From Hyphomicrobiales bacterium (GTDB taxonomy: Bacteria; Pseudomonadota; Alphaproteobacteria; Parvibaculales; Parvibaculaceae), in NCBI GenBank assembly GCA_015655095.1, contig JAATFR010000130.1, forward strand, positions 1-34,551: a stretch of DNA of 34,551 nucleotides. The letters are read 5' to 3'. The notes below the pieces were generated by a model. That model made no database searches and had not been told where the DNA came from. It saw only the letters and a program-made list of their open reading frames with translations. Shown here in pieces: positions 9,537-19,654 of the stretch (its first letter is position 1; each line of letters opens with the position of its first letter). Both the position numbers and the translations under genes were made by a program.

Positions 9537-11036
9537 ATGTCCAAGACAGTTGCCAGTAAAGAAAACGCCGGTTTGATCCGGCGCTATTCCCATTACATCA
9601 ACGGAGAGAACATCACTTCTACCTCGGGCCGCCTTATAGAGCGCATCAACCCGGCCACGGGTAAGCTGATCGGCACCCTGCAGGATGGCACGGCAGAAGA
9701 CGTCGACCTCGCCGTTTCCGCGGCGGTCGAGGCTTTTGAAGACGGGCGCTGGAGCGGCCTGACGGCAGCGCAACGCTCAGATGTTCTGCGGAACGTTTCA
9801 AGGCGGCTAAAAGAAGATTGGCAGGATCTTGCTCTCTACGAATCTCTTGAGACCGGCAAACCGCTCGCCCAGGCTTCAGGCGAGGCCCAATGGGCTGGCG
9901 ACATCTGGGACTATGCCGCAGGCCAGGCACGCTCGCTCCATGGCGAAACCTATACGAATGTTGGCGAGGACAAGCTCGGGCTGGTGCTCAAGCATCCCGT
10001 GGGCCCTGTCGGCTTGATCACGCCCTGGAATTATCCGATTGTCGTGCTCAGCCAGAAGCTTCCTTTTGCATTGGCGGCCGGATGCACTGTCGTTGCCAAG
10101 CCGAGCGAGCTGACCTCCGGCAGCACACTCGCCATCGCCAAATTCCTTGAAGAGGCCGGTTTGCCAAAAGGCGCGTTCAACGTGGTCACCGGCTATGGCG
10201 ATCCGGTTGGCAAACGAATTGCGGAACACCCGCACATTCGCATGATTTCCTTCACGGGATCGACAGTGACGGGTCAATCCATTGCGCGCGCCGCGACCGG
10301 CAACATGAAGAAGGTCGTTCTCGAGCTTGGCGGCAAAAACCCGACCGTCGTCTTCAGCGATGCAAACCTTGAGGCCGCCGTCGATGGCGCAATCAAGGGA
10401 TTCGTCTATAACTCAGGCGCTGAATGTTGCAGCGGAAGCCGCGTATTCGTTCAGCGCGAGTCCATTGCGGCGTTCACAGAACTCCTCTGCAAACGCCTTG
10501 AGGCTGTCAAAGTGGGCGACCCGATGGATCCTCTGACAACAATGGGCGCGATCATCAACGAAGCCCAGTTCGCAAAGATCAACCGCTATATCGCCGAAGG
10601 CAAAAAGAGCGGCGACCTGGCATTCGGCGGCAATGTCATCACTGACCTGCCGGGCCTTTTCGTGCAGCCGACGGTTTTCACAAACGTCTCGCCAACTGCG
10701 CCGATCGCCCGAGAGGAGGTCTTCGGCCCGGTTCTCGTCGTCATACCGTTCGATGATCTCTCTGACGCCATCAGCCTTGCCAATGATACCGAATATGGCC
10801 TGGCGGCGGGCGTCTGGACGAGCAATCTGGAAACCGCGCTGACCATGGCGCGAAAGGTCCGGGCTGGCATCGTCTGGGTCAACACATTCCTCGACATGCC
10901 CTCCGAAGTTCCGTTTGGTGGAACCCGGCAGAGTGGATATGGCCGTGAGAATGGCCGCCAGGCGATTGAGGAGTTTACCGTGACGAAGTCAGTGGTGGTG
11001 CAGAACCCGAGCACCTATGAACGCTATCTCGGATAA
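9537..11036 (+). CDS. Aldehyde dehydrogenase family protein (BetB-like partner of the GMC gene)
   Basis: 499 aa with PWNYP, FTGST.TG, LELGGKNP, the catalytic Cys in NSGAECCSGSR, and EEVFGPV. GAGG lies about 8 nt upstream of the ATG. It sits directly downstream of the GMC (pseudo)gene, as in betA-betB-type alcohol-to-acid pairs. Confidence 0.9.
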   Translation: MSKTVASKENAGLIRRYSHYINGENITSTSGRLIERINPATGKLIGTLQDGTAEDVDLAVSAAVEAFEDGRWSGLTAAQRSDVLRNVSRRLKEDWQDLALYESLETGKPLAQASGEAQWAGDIWDYAAGQARSLHGETYTNVGEDKLGLVLKHPVGPVGLITPWNYPIVVLSQKLPFALAAGCTVVAKPSELTSGSTLAIAKFLEEAGLPKGAFNVVTGYGDPVGKRIAEHPHIRMISFTGSTVTGQSIARAATGNMKKVVLELGGKNPTVVFSDANLEAAVDGAIKGFVYNSGAECCSGSRVFVQRESIAAFTELLCKRLEAVKVGDPMDPLTTMGAIINEAQFAKINRYIAEGKKSGDLAFGGNVITDLPGLFVQPTVFTNVSPTAPIAREEVFGPVLVVIPFDDLSDAISLANDTEYGLAAGVWTSNLETALTMARKVRAGIVWVNTFLDMPSEVPFGGTRQSGYGRENGRQAIEEFTVTKSVVVQNPSTYERYLG

Positions 11037-11067
11037 TCCGGCATAAACAGGAATCGAGATCAAGGCG

Positions 11068-11106
11068 AGGCCCGGATAATCTCAAAATGTCCGGGCCTTT
11101 TTCTTT
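11068..11106 (+). terminator. Rho-independent terminator after the ALDH gene
   Basis: A 9-bp GC-rich stem pairs aggcccgga (11068-11076) with tccgggcct (11090-11098) around a 13-nt loop. It is followed by tttttcttt and lies between convergent genes. Confidence 0.7.
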
Positions 11107-11146
11107 AGAATTTCAGGTCCTCGCTGCGTTCAAGCACCAGATAAAT

Positions 11147-12796
11147 TCAAAGCCGGTAATAAAGTGCGCTTTCCGGGGACAGCGGAGTCCGACCCCGAAT
11201 GTGGTCAGAAATCTTTTCCGCAATCATGATCACTGGCGCGTTCAGGTTTCCACTCACGATTTCAGGCATGATCGACGCATCCACCACCCGAAGATTATCG
11301 AGGTTGTGAACGACGCCATGTTCGTTGGTCACCGACATGTCGTCAAAGCCCATCCGGGCACTGCAACATGGATGATAATTGGTGCTCGCGTTGTCGCGCA
11401 GCCAGGCCAGTATCTCGGCATCCGTCCTGACGCCGGCACCGGGTGTCACCTCATCGCCACGCAGCTCATCCCATGCCGGTTGCGAGATAATATTGCGCGT
11501 CGCCTTGACCCCCTGGACAAGCTGCTCGCAATCATCTGGATCCTGCATATGGTTGAACACGAACTTTGGAGCGGCATTGGGATTTGCCGAGGCGATCCAC
11601 ACGCGTCCACTGCTTTTGGGACGCATCAGGCTAATATAATATTGAAAACCATGGCCAAGCTGCACGGCTCCATGCTGCAGCTCGCCCAAAAGGGCCAGAA
11701 ACTCGAACTGAATATTGGGAATCTTCTCGCTGTCACGGGTTCGAATGAATGCGCCGACCTCGAAAAAGTTCGTCGCCCCAAGGCCGGTTCTCGTCAATAA
11801 CCATCGGGCTCCGAGCAGACCGCGCCTGATGGTGCTCAGATCCTTTGCGACTGAAACGTCTTTGGTAATCTTGTACTGGATAGCGGCGGCGGTGTGATCC
11901 TTCAGTCCAAGCCCGACGCCCGGCAAATCAACCGTGCTTTTAATACCGAGAGCGGCCAGCTCCTGCGCGTTACCCACTCCAGAGAGCATGAGAAGCTGAG
12001 GCGAGTTCAGGGCGCCACCGCACAAGATAACCTCGCAGTCGATCTCAACCGAATAGCTCTGGCCTTCCTGCGTGAAGTGAACACGAGCGGCACGCTTGCC
12101 TGCAAGCTCAATACGACTCACCCGGCTTTGGACAATGACATCCAGCGTGGGCCTGTCTGGTCCCTCATGCAGGTAGGCGCGCGAGGTGCTCCAGCGAAGA
12201 CCCTTTCCCACATTGCGCTGGGTCACATGAACACCCTCCTGACGAAAACCATTATGATCTTCAACACGAAGGTGACCGGCCTGCTCACCGGCCTTCAGAA
12301 AACACGCATACATTGGATGATCGGCAGCGCAGCTCTCAACCATCATGGGGCCGGATGCACCACGATATTCGCTCTTCACGCCACTGAATGTCTCAGCCTT
12401 TTTGAAGTAAGGAAGCACATCGGCATAGCTCCATCCGGGCAAATCTTTTCCCCAATGGTCATAGTCCCGAGGATTGCCGCGAACCCAGTTCATGCCGTTA
12501 ATCGAGGACGAACCGCCCAGAACGCGCCCCCGGGCTTCAAGAATGGTCCGCTGGTTCAGATAAGGTTCCGGATCGCTGTTGAAAAACCAGTTATATTTAT
12601 CACTCCCAAGGGGAACGCCCAGAGCAGCCGGCATCTTGATAAAGATGCTGTCATCCCATGGCCCCGCCTCGATAAGGAGAACGCGGTGTCTATCTTCAGC
12701 CAGCCGCCCTGCGACAACGCTGCCCGCCGAGCCGGATCCAATGACGACATAGTCATAGCTTCGGTGGATTTGAGCGGCGCTTCTGATCTTTCTCAC
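11147..12796 (-). CDS. GMC family (choline dehydrogenase-like) FAD oxidoreductase, intact
   Basis: 549 aa with YDYVVIGSGSAGSVVAGRL, GGSSSINGMNWVRG and the C-terminal NYHPCCSARMG...VVDASIMPEIVSGNLNAPVIMIAEK. It has a GTG start with GGAG 9 nt upstream. Confidence 0.9.
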   Translation of the reverse strand: MRKIRSAAQIHRSYDYVVIGSGSAGSVVAGRLAEDRHRVLLIEAGPWDDSIFIKMPAALGVPLGSDKYNWFFNSDPEPYLNQRTILEARGRVLGGSSSINGMNWVRGNPRDYDHWGKDLPGWSYADVLPYFKKAETFSGVKSEYRGASGPMMVESCAADHPMYACFLKAGEQAGHLRVEDHNGFRQEGVHVTQRNVGKGLRWSTSRAYLHEGPDRPTLDVIVQSRVSRIELAGKRAARVHFTQEGQSYSVEIDCEVILCGGALNSPQLLMLSGVGNAQELAALGIKSTVDLPGVGLGLKDHTAAAIQYKITKDVSVAKDLSTIRRGLLGARWLLTRTGLGATNFFEVGAFIRTRDSEKIPNIQFEFLALLGELQHGAVQLGHGFQYYISLMRPKSSGRVWIASANPNAAPKFVFNHMQDPDDCEQLVQGVKATRNIISQPAWDELRGDEVTPGAGVRTDAEILAWLRDNASTNYHPCCSARMGFDDMSVTNEHGVVHNLDNLRVVDASIMPEIVSGNLNAPVIMIAEKISDHIRGRTPLSPESALYYRL

Positions 12797-12910
12797 TACA
12801 TCTCACTCCAATAGACATCATCCTGACGGGCCGGGACGCACGCAACCTACGGTGGGTGACAAAACATTGCACAGCCGCTGATGCACAGACAAAAGGGATC
12901 AGCCGGTTAG

Positions 12911-13612
12911 CTAACCTTGCGCTAGTCTGTTCGTTCCCGTCATATTCAATTGCTCCAGAACATCATTCGCGGCGGCCGCGACATGGTCTGCACTCAGTTG
13001 CATGGCGAGAGCTATATCTTTCTGCCTGAATGCCTCAAAAATGCGTTCATGGTCCTCTGCAGCTTTAGCCTGCGCGCCCTTAATTCCAATCTGAAGACGC
13101 AGATAGCGGTCGGCTGCATTATGCAGATCAACCAGCATGGCCAATGTTCTTGGTCTTTCGGCGGGAACGCACAAGGACCGATGAAACTCCCAGTTAAGGC
13201 GGCTGAGTTCTTCAGCCGATGCCCCGGTTTTTAACCCGTTCTCATATGCTGTCCTGGCCTTCCCGGCCTCCTCAATCGCATCTCCATCTGCCTTTTCGAT
13301 GGAGAGCCGAAGGAGGAAGGGCTCAATCAGCCGGCGCGCCTCAAACACCTCTCCGGCATCATTCAGCGAAAGTTCTGCGACGACAGCGCCCTTGTGGGTA
13401 TGGATGACCACAAGGCCTTCCTGCTCAAGGATGAGCAAGGCTTCGCGTATCGGAATGCGGCTTACACCCAGCTCAGTTGCAAGCGCCTCCTGCCTGATCT
13501 GTTCTCCACCGCGATATTCCCCCATTATGATCCGACGACGGATCACATTACCTACGCTGGCGGTCACAGTTTGCCGCTTGACCGCTCCAGAATCCCCTGA
13601 TTGCCTAGACAA
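12911..13612 (-). CDS. GntR family transcriptional regulator, FadR/FCD subfamily
   Basis: It has an N-terminal winged HTH (GEQIRQEALATELGVSRIPIREALLILEQEGLVVIHTHKGAVV) and an all-helical C-terminal FCD-like domain. The apparent start is TTG and there is no in-frame ATG upstream of the HTH. It is a paralog of 18783..19466. Confidence 0.85.
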   Translation of the reverse strand: MSRQSGDSGAVKRQTVTASVGNVIRRRIIMGEYRGGEQIRQEALATELGVSRIPIREALLILEQEGLVVIHTHKGAVVAELSLNDAGEVFEARRLIEPFLLRLSIEKADGDAIEEAGKARTAYENGLKTGASAEELSRLNWEFHRSLCVPAERPRTLAMLVDLHNAADRYLRLQIGIKGAQAKAAEDHERIFEAFRQKDIALAMQLSADHVAAAANDVLEQLNMTGTNRLAQG

Positions 13613-13832
13613 CTAAATCCAACTCCAGATTCCGCATGGCAATACCAGCCAGCGCTACTTTACGCGTCACAATCGTCTGGAACGAGCCGACAGTCCCAGA
13701 TTTAAAGAAGAGCCTCAAGATTTTCTGCCCAGCATAATATGCATTTTGACAGACGCCCGAATTATGATCCTTGCAGCAAAAAACCTGCCGACACCTTTCT
13801 TGGCAGACCTCCCGCAATCTTCTGGACGCTTC

Positions 13833-14681
13833 TTATTTGACAGCCCCGCCCAGCACAAAGCCGCCCCGGAATAGTCGCGCCATGACAATGTAGAGAATGA
13901 TCACAGGTGTCGAATAGACAAGCGAATAAGCAGCGATGGCACCATAGTTCACAACATCAGCCGTCATGAAGCCAAAGATGGCTACAGGACTCGGCTGCTG
14001 TACCGTGTCAGTGATCAATACGAGAGGCGGCAGGAAATTTCCCCAGGTATTTATGAAACCATAGATGGCCGCCGCCATAATGCCCGGCAGGCAAAGAGGC
14101 GCTATGACGCGGACAAGAATGCGGACGATACTTGCCTGCTCAATGCGGGCGGCCTCCTCAAGATCAAGAGGAATGGCGTCAATTGCGTTTTTGATGACGT
14201 AAATCTCGAACGGCATCGCCGTCACCCCGAGAAACACGGCAGTGGGTATCAGGGAAAGACAATCCGCCCACTGGAAAATCTGATAAATCGGGATAATCAG
14301 AATCGAAATCGGAACACCCGACAAGAATAAAATAGATAACAGAATCCCGTTTTTCCCAGGAATTTTATGGCGGGAGAAAGAATAGGCCGCGATTGATGAC
14401 GGGATGGTTGCAACACATGTCGCCACTATGGAAAGCATAAGGCTGTTGCCCAGCGCTCTCATATTATTTCTGTTGAAAGCTATCTCAAACTGGTGAAGCG
14501 TCAGGGTCGGCCATTCCAGCTGCTGGCTGGCCTGAGTATCGACAGAGGCAACAAGCAGCCAAATCATCGGCGAAAGAAAGAACAGGGCGCACAAGATGAG
14601 CAGAAGATTCACGGCGACCTTGCCCGGACTCAGCACACGGACTGGTACGGGCTCGCCCGGGAGAGACATTGACTGGCTCAT
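13833..14681 (-). CDS. Carbohydrate (CUT1-type) ABC transporter permease, MalG-like
   Basis: Six TM segments and an EAA-like loop (DLEEAARIEQAS). The track ORF extends to 14927 but overlaps the upstream permease. The ATG at 14681 (MSQSMSLPG) sits 3 nt after that gene's stop. Confidence 0.85.
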   Translation of the reverse strand: MSQSMSLPGEPVPVRVLSPGKVAVNLLLILCALFFLSPMIWLLVASVDTQASQQLEWPTLTLHQFEIAFNRNNMRALGNSLMLSIVATCVATIPSSIAAYSFSRHKIPGKNGILLSILFLSGVPISILIIPIYQIFQWADCLSLIPTAVFLGVTAMPFEIYVIKNAIDAIPLDLEEAARIEQASIVRILVRVIAPLCLPGIMAAAIYGFINTWGNFLPPLVLITDTVQQPSPVAIFGFMTADVVNYGAIAAYSLVYSTPVIILYIVMARLFRGGFVLGGAVK

Positions 14682-14683
14682 GT

Positions 14684-15637
14684 TTACTCTCCCGCCTTTT
14701 TCACCGAGGTCGCCCGCCGGGTGCTCAGATAGCCGATCAGAACGAATAAACTTCCAAGGATGGCGGATAGCAGAATGATCACATTGCCGAGAAGCGCGCC
14801 GAAACCAAGCCGGTGGAACGTAAACCCTTGAACATAAGAGTATAGCGGAAGGATGTTGGTCGCATTTGCAGGACCGCCGCCGGTCATCAGGAAGATCAGT
14901 GTAAAATTGCCGAACGAAAGCAGACACATCAGCAGCGCCGAGGTCACGATCGTCGGACGAAGCGAGGGCAGAATGATGCGGATGAAACGTTGATATGCGC
15001 TGGCGCGCTCCAGCAACGCCGCCTCGATCATCTCATGGGAAATATTGCGTAACGCGGCGCTGAACATCAGCATTGAAAGGCCGCACAACCACCATATGTT
15101 AGCCACTGACACGACAGTCATCGGGTAGTTATAAAGAAACTCGACATGGGGAAGGCCCAGCAGAAACGGAAACACGCCTCCTGCTGACGTCGATGCATGC
15201 CACATGACCGCTACCGTCACCGGTGGAAGGATACACGAGAGCATGGCAGCCGCCCCGACGATGCCACGAAAAACGGGAGCGCCCGCCTGCATCAGCAGAG
15301 CGAGCACCAGACCTCCAATCGTCGACCCGATTGCACCCGACCCAACGACGAAAATCATCGTGATGTATAAGGAGTGATAGAACTCCTCATTACGGAACAT
15401 GGACTTAAGATTCACCGATCCCGTAAACCAGAAGTTCGTTGAATGCGGTCCGATTAATTGGAGATTCGTAAACCCGAGATAGAACGAATATACAACGGGT
15501 CCCAGAAAAAGGAGGAAGAGGAGCAGTCCTGCCGGCGAAAGAAACGCCAGGCTGGCAGAATCGAAGCGTCGTCCGTCAATACGGCGCCCTTTAAGGATAT
15601 CTGAATGCGATGACACCACAGCCTCTTCCTCTTTCAA
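14684..15637 (-). CDS. Carbohydrate (CUT1-type) ABC transporter permease, MalF/UgpA-like
   Basis: A hydrophobic six-TM protein with the EAA loop MIEAALLERASAYQRF. The track start (15637) is a TTG. GTG codons at 15619 and 15616, just downstream of a GAGGAAGAGG purine tract, are alternative starts. Confidence 0.8.
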   Translation of the reverse strand: MKEEEAVVSSHSDILKGRRIDGRRFDSASLAFLSPAGLLLFLLFLGPVVYSFYLGFTNLQLIGPHSTNFWFTGSVNLKSMFRNEEFYHSLYITMIFVVGSGAIGSTIGGLVLALLMQAGAPVFRGIVGAAAMLSCILPPVTVAVMWHASTSAGGVFPFLLGLPHVEFLYNYPMTVVSVANIWWLCGLSMLMFSAALRNISHEMIEAALLERASAYQRFIRIILPSLRPTIVTSALLMCLLSFGNFTLIFLMTGGGPANATNILPLYSYVQGFTFHRLGFGALLGNVIILLSAILGSLFVLIGYLSTRRATSVKKAGE

Positions 15638-15652
15638 ATCGCTACTGTCAGA

Positions 15653-17062
15653 TCAGTTCTTGACGGCAACCTCATCTGGCCCAACCTGATCACTGACGTA
15701 GTCCTTCATCTTGCCGATTGCGTCATCGACAGAGAGTTTGGGATCAAGAATGACAGCTTGGGTAGCCGTTAGAAAACCCTGAGCCCATACGGAATAGTTT
15801 GGATCCAGAGGCGCAATCTGGGCATTGAGCGAAATCTTAGCGAACTCAGGCCGGAAGGCCGGAGAAACACTCAGATACTCAGGATCTTTGGTATATTCCG
15901 GCACCGGAGCCACAAGTGCGATTGCCTTGTCAGCTTCCAGCATATTTTTGCGGCTCTGCGCAAGGTTGAGCAGATCCCAGGCCAGATCAGGGTGCTTGGT
16001 TCCGCTGCCGATGGCGAGTGTCCACCCACCGATCATAGTTGCGCTTCCTGCCCCACCACCATTGATCGTCGGAAGAGGCGCAATACCGATATCAGAGGCC
16101 GCATCAGCCCAGTAAGGCGAGCTGAGCGCCTTTGTCCAGAGTTCAGGGAACCAGTTACCTGCCAGGCAAATCCCGATCTTGTGCTCCGGCATGAGAGCGG
16201 GTGGGCTTGCCTCTGCCATTGTGTCCATGATCTGCGAGGTCGGAGGCAGCACGCCGGCAGCGGCGGCATCCTTGTAGAACTGGATTGTTTCCCGAAGCCC
16301 CTTGCTGTCGACGACCCATTTGCCATCGTCCGTAAAGACTGTCGGATCAGAGGAACCGGCGAGGAAGTTGCCCGGACCAGCGAAGACGCCAAAGGTGCCC
16401 TGGCTCGTTCCCGTCTGAATCCAGAGCGGATAAATTGCAGGAGAAATCGCTTTCAGTTTTTTTGACGCATCAAGAACATCCGCCCAGGTCTTCGGCTCCC
16501 AGGGGGTCGGAATCCCAGCCTTTGCGAACAAGGTCTTGTCGTAGAGGAGGCCATAAACATTTGTGCCCTGGCTCACGGCATAGACGTGACCATTTACGGT
16601 CTCGGCGGCCTTCAGCTGCGGATTAAAACCCTTCCACCAGTCGGCCGTCGCCAGATATTTGTCTATCGGCAACAGATAGCCGGTGGAGACCCATTGCCCG
16701 AGATTGAGATCCGCCAATCCTACGACATCCGGCGCGCTGCTCTTTGAGCGGAAGAGAAGAGCCATCTTGTTCTCGGAGTCACTGAAGCCGCCATGGGCTT
16801 CCTCCAGCACGACCTTTACGCCGGGATGTGTCGCCTCGAACTGCTTTATCACATCAGCCCACCAGGCCTTGCCAGCCTCAGGCGTCGCCGGCTCGAAATC
16901 AGCCGGATAGGCAACCTTGAGAGTAATATCATCCGCAGCTTTTGCGCCTACAGGAGCGAATGCAAGGGCCGCAAAGGCCAATGCAATCGCTGTCGACTGA
17001 AAAACCGAACGCCTGAATTTTATTTTTTTGTACCCGGATTTATACGGAGTCGCCACGTGCAC
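15653..17062 (-). CDS. ABC transporter extracellular solute-binding protein (family 1, sugar/oligosaccharide type)
   Basis: 469 aa. It has a basic N-region plus the hydrophobic signal peptide KKIKFRRSVFQSTAIALAFAALAFAPVGAKA, and its size and composition are typical of CUT1 binding proteins. The start is GTG. Confidence 0.8.
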   Translation of the reverse strand: MHVATPYKSGYKKIKFRRSVFQSTAIALAFAALAFAPVGAKAADDITLKVAYPADFEPATPEAGKAWWADVIKQFEATHPGVKVVLEEAHGGFSDSENKMALLFRSKSSAPDVVGLADLNLGQWVSTGYLLPIDKYLATADWWKGFNPQLKAAETVNGHVYAVSQGTNVYGLLYDKTLFAKAGIPTPWEPKTWADVLDASKKLKAISPAIYPLWIQTGTSQGTFGVFAGPGNFLAGSSDPTVFTDDGKWVVDSKGLRETIQFYKDAAAAGVLPPTSQIMDTMAEASPPALMPEHKIGICLAGNWFPELWTKALSSPYWADAASDIGIAPLPTINGGGAGSATMIGGWTLAIGSGTKHPDLAWDLLNLAQSRKNMLEADKAIALVAPVPEYTKDPEYLSVSPAFRPEFAKISLNAQIAPLDPNYSVWAQGFLTATQAVILDPKLSVDDAIGKMKDYVSDQVGPDEVAVKN

Positions 17063-17093
17063 ACCTCATTCAAAGGAATGGAAACAGAAGTCG

Positions 17094-18245
17094 TCAGCCA
17101 GCAGCCCAAGGAAGCTTGGTATCAGCCTGCGTAGGCTTATCTCGGTTACCGAGGATGTTGTCGCCGCTTGCACGGTCGAAGAGGTAGATGTCATCTAGAT
17201 CAAGAGCCAGCTCAACGGTCTGGCCAAACTTGATGTCCGGAAAACTTGGGAACTTGCTAACAATTGACGTTCCTTGAATATCAACGACTACGTAGGTCTC
17301 AGGACCGGTCGTCTCAATGTTGGAAACGACACCGCCAAGGCGATGTCCGCAACGAGATGGCGCATCTTTTATCCAATGAAGGTCCTGAGGACGGATGCCC
17401 ACTTCAACTTCGCGCTCTTCCAGAGCCAATGGTTGCGCCAGCCGCCCGGCGTCAAAAGCGATAGAACCACCCGCGAAACCAAGTTTTACCGCCGTGGCCC
17501 GTCCTGACAACGAACCGGGAAGAATGTTCATCTTCGGCGACCCCACAAAGCATGCGACAAACTTGTTGGTGGGATTCTGGTAAAGTTGTCTTGGCGTATC
17601 GATTTGAAGGATGCTTCCATCCTTGAAGACCGCGATGCGGTCTCCCATGGTCATAGCCTCGACCTGATCATGTGTAACGTAGACCGTTGTTACGGCAAGC
17701 CGTCTCTGGAGCTCCATGATTTCACTGCGCATGGTCGTGCGCAGGGCCGCATCCAGATTTGAAAGGGGTTCGTCGAGCAAGAAAATTTTGGGCTGGCGGA
17801 TCATCATCCGGCCAAGTGCTATCCGTTGCCGCTGACCGCCTGAAAGCTCGCTTGGCCTGCGATGGAGCAGTTTTCCAAGATCAAGCATCTCGGCAACCTG
17901 ATGTACGCGCTCGCTGATAAGCGATTTTTGCATTCCCCGGACTTCAGGGCCAAAAGCCAGATTCTTGTAGACGGACATATGTGGAAAGAGAGCGTAGCTC
18001 TGAAAGACCATTGAGATGTCGCGTTCACCTGGAGGCGCCAGCGTCACATCCTTATCGCCGATCCAAACTTTCCCATAAGATGGCGTCTCCAGACCCGCAA
18101 GCATTCGAAGCGTCGTGGTCTTGCCGCAACCGGAGGGACCGACAAAGACGACGAACTCCCCCTCCTTGATCTCAAAATTCAGGTCGCGGATCGCAACATG
18201 GTCTCCGAATAATTTCGATACATGCTCGAAGCGAACGTTAGGCAT
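17094..18245 (-). CDS. ABC transporter ATP-binding protein, MalK/UgpC type
   Basis: Walker A GPSGCGKTT, Q-loop, signature LSGGQRQR and Walker B IFLLDEPLSNLD are present, with a C-terminal TOBE/regulatory domain. I prefer the start at MPNVRFEHVSK (18245) over the track start 18281. Confidence 0.9.
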   Translation of the reverse strand: MPNVRFEHVSKLFGDHVAIRDLNFEIKEGEFVVFVGPSGCGKTTTLRMLAGLETPSYGKVWIGDKDVTLAPPGERDISMVFQSYALFPHMSVYKNLAFGPEVRGMQKSLISERVHQVAEMLDLGKLLHRRPSELSGGQRQRIALGRMMIRQPKIFLLDEPLSNLDAALRTTMRSEIMELQRRLAVTTVYVTHDQVEAMTMGDRIAVFKDGSILQIDTPRQLYQNPTNKFVACFVGSPKMNILPGSLSGRATAVKLGFAGGSIAFDAGRLAQPLALEEREVEVGIRPQDLHWIKDAPSRCGHRLGGVVSNIETTGPETYVVVDIQGTSIVSKFPSFPDIKFGQTVELALDLDDIYLFDRASGDNILGNRDKPTQADTKLPWAAG

Positions 18246-18393
18246 ATCAGGCCTCACATGGGCAATAACACGGCCGCTCACGCCGTTTCGGATGAAAAGA
18301 ATGGCCAGGCCCGCAGAACGGCGGCAGCGAGCCCGCTATTTTAAAGAGAGTTGTTGTTTCAATTGCAAAAGTCATGTGAGCCTCATGAATTGC

Positions 18394-18410
18394 CTATTGG
18401 ATACCATATT
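18394..18410 (-). promoter_or_regulatory. Candidate GntR/FCD operator upstream of the ABC operon
   Basis: On the minus strand this reads TGGTATCCAATAG, matching the 7711 13-mer at 11 of 13 positions. The 10-mer GGATACCATA (18399-18408) recurs exactly at 19511-19520. It lies about 150 nt upstream of the ATPase start. Confidence 0.3.
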
Positions 18411-18782
18411 CAATATAAGATCTCCCTTGTTTGCAAATAAAAACGTACCCTGCCCCCTGAACCCCCGGAGCCGTGAGGCCGTCAGGCCACACAGAAAACA
18501 GCCATGAGCATCCTTCGCGGGATGGGCGCGAGATGGGCTATGGTCAGGTCTATGAAGTGGAACGCAGGGCTGGGTATGCCAAGAATCCATTTATCAGGCT
18601 GGGAAGAACGAGCCCACCAACACTGTCAATACCTGGACTTCCTGAATGACTGCCGCGCCCTGAGGCTGGCGACGCTGAATATCAGCGTTCAATCACGCGC
18701 CCGGCAGGGCGCCCATATGGAGGCAGAACAAATCCTCCCATAGATTCTATAATAAATTAATTACCCGGCTGTTTTTTGGACT

Positions 18783-19466
18783 TTACCTTGGACGGCGCTG
18801 GGCTTTCAGACGGCCGAGCACATCCTGATAGGCCCCGTTGATATGGGCAACAATCTGCTCCTGGGCAACATCGGCCTTTTTTGTCGAATATGCGTGGAAC
18901 AGCATGCGATGGTCCTCCATCGCTCGGGCCCTTGCCTCGGGCGAATTGATTTGCAGCCAGAGGTAATGATCTGTCGCCGTATAGAGTGAACGCAGGATGC
19001 CGAGCAGTCGGGGACGCTTGGCAGGTTCACACATGGCAACATGGAAAGCCCAGTTAAGCTTGCTCAAAGTGCCCGGATCGCTGTCTGCTTCCACAGCCTT
19101 TTCATACTCAATAAGCGAAGTACGCACTTTTGATATGTCGTCCGGAGTCGCCGCCTGAATCGCCTGCTTCATGATGGCCGGCTCGATCATCAGGCGGGCC
19201 TCGAAGAGGTCCGCAGCGCCCTCCTCCGTGAGAGAAACGACCGTTGCACCCTTGTGGGTGTGGATAACGACCAACCCCTCGGATTCAAGCTGCAAAAGCG
19301 CCTCACGGACCGGAATCCGGCTGACACCCAGTTCGCTTCCCACAGCTTCCTGCCTGATTTGTTCGCCGCCGACATACTCGCCGCTGATAATACGCCGCCG
19401 AAGTTCGTCCGTGACAGAGGAGGTCACAGTCTGCCGCTTGATCACGAGAGGCTTTTTATCCGTCAT
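18783..19466 (-). CDS. GntR family transcriptional regulator, FadR/FCD subfamily
   Basis: The HTH block GEQIRQEAVGSELGVSRIPVREALLQLESEGLVVIHTHKGATV is almost identical to that of 12911..13612. It has an FCD-like C-terminal domain and is divergent from the proline-racemase-like gene. Confidence 0.85.
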   Translation of the reverse strand: MTDKKPLVIKRQTVTSSVTDELRRRIISGEYVGGEQIRQEAVGSELGVSRIPVREALLQLESEGLVVIHTHKGATVVSLTEEGAADLFEARLMIEPAIMKQAIQAATPDDISKVRTSLIEYEKAVEADSDPGTLSKLNWAFHVAMCEPAKRPRLLGILRSLYTATDHYLWLQINSPEARARAMEDHRMLFHAYSTKKADVAQEQIVAHINGAYQDVLGRLKAQRRPR

Positions 19467-19510
19467 ATTTTATTTCTCGGCTACTATCGTCCAGCGGCTA
19501 CGCGCCTTGC

Positions 19511-19537
19511 GGATACCATAGAAAATATGCGGTATCC
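19511..19537. promoter_or_regulatory. Inverted repeat GGATACC-N13-GGTATCC in the divergent GntR / proline-racemase-like promoter region
   Basis: Perfect 7-bp arms at 19511-19517 and 19531-19537, about 45-70 nt upstream of the GntR ATG (19466). It shares the GTATCC/GGATAC core with the sites at 7711, 18394 and 19655. Confidence 0.35.
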
Positions 19538-19654
19538 AAAGCAATAGATAGGCCCGTTCGCTCCAGACGCCAGCGGGCAGCTCCTCCCCTTGAACCTTTA
19601 AAACTTGCTCACTGGACCAGGCCAGCGTTCTCCCTAGACGATCGCATGCAAGTG

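Noticed and set aside
11104-11120. TTTAGAA-TTT-CAGGTCC, resembling half of an Irr ICE box (TTTAGAA-N3-TTCTAAA).
   Set aside because: Only the left half matches. It sits in the terminator tail between two convergent non-iron genes.
13605-13817. A 70-aa Cys-rich ORF on the minus strand in the spacer between the permease and GntR genes.
   Set aside because: It overlaps the GntR start, has no Shine-Dalgarno sequence and shows no recognisable motif. The 220-nt spacer is more likely non-coding, possibly an internal promoter for the GntR-GMC genes.
14682-14927. N-terminal extensions of track ORFs: the permease 13833..14927, fbpB 4764..6476, the ATPase to 18281, the VOC gene to 1997 and the ADH from 25646.
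   Set aside because: The extensions overlap the 3' end of the upstream gene or add non-homologous, Arg/Cys-rich residues. Internal starts give canonical N-termini and sensible gene spacing or Shine-Dalgarno sequences.
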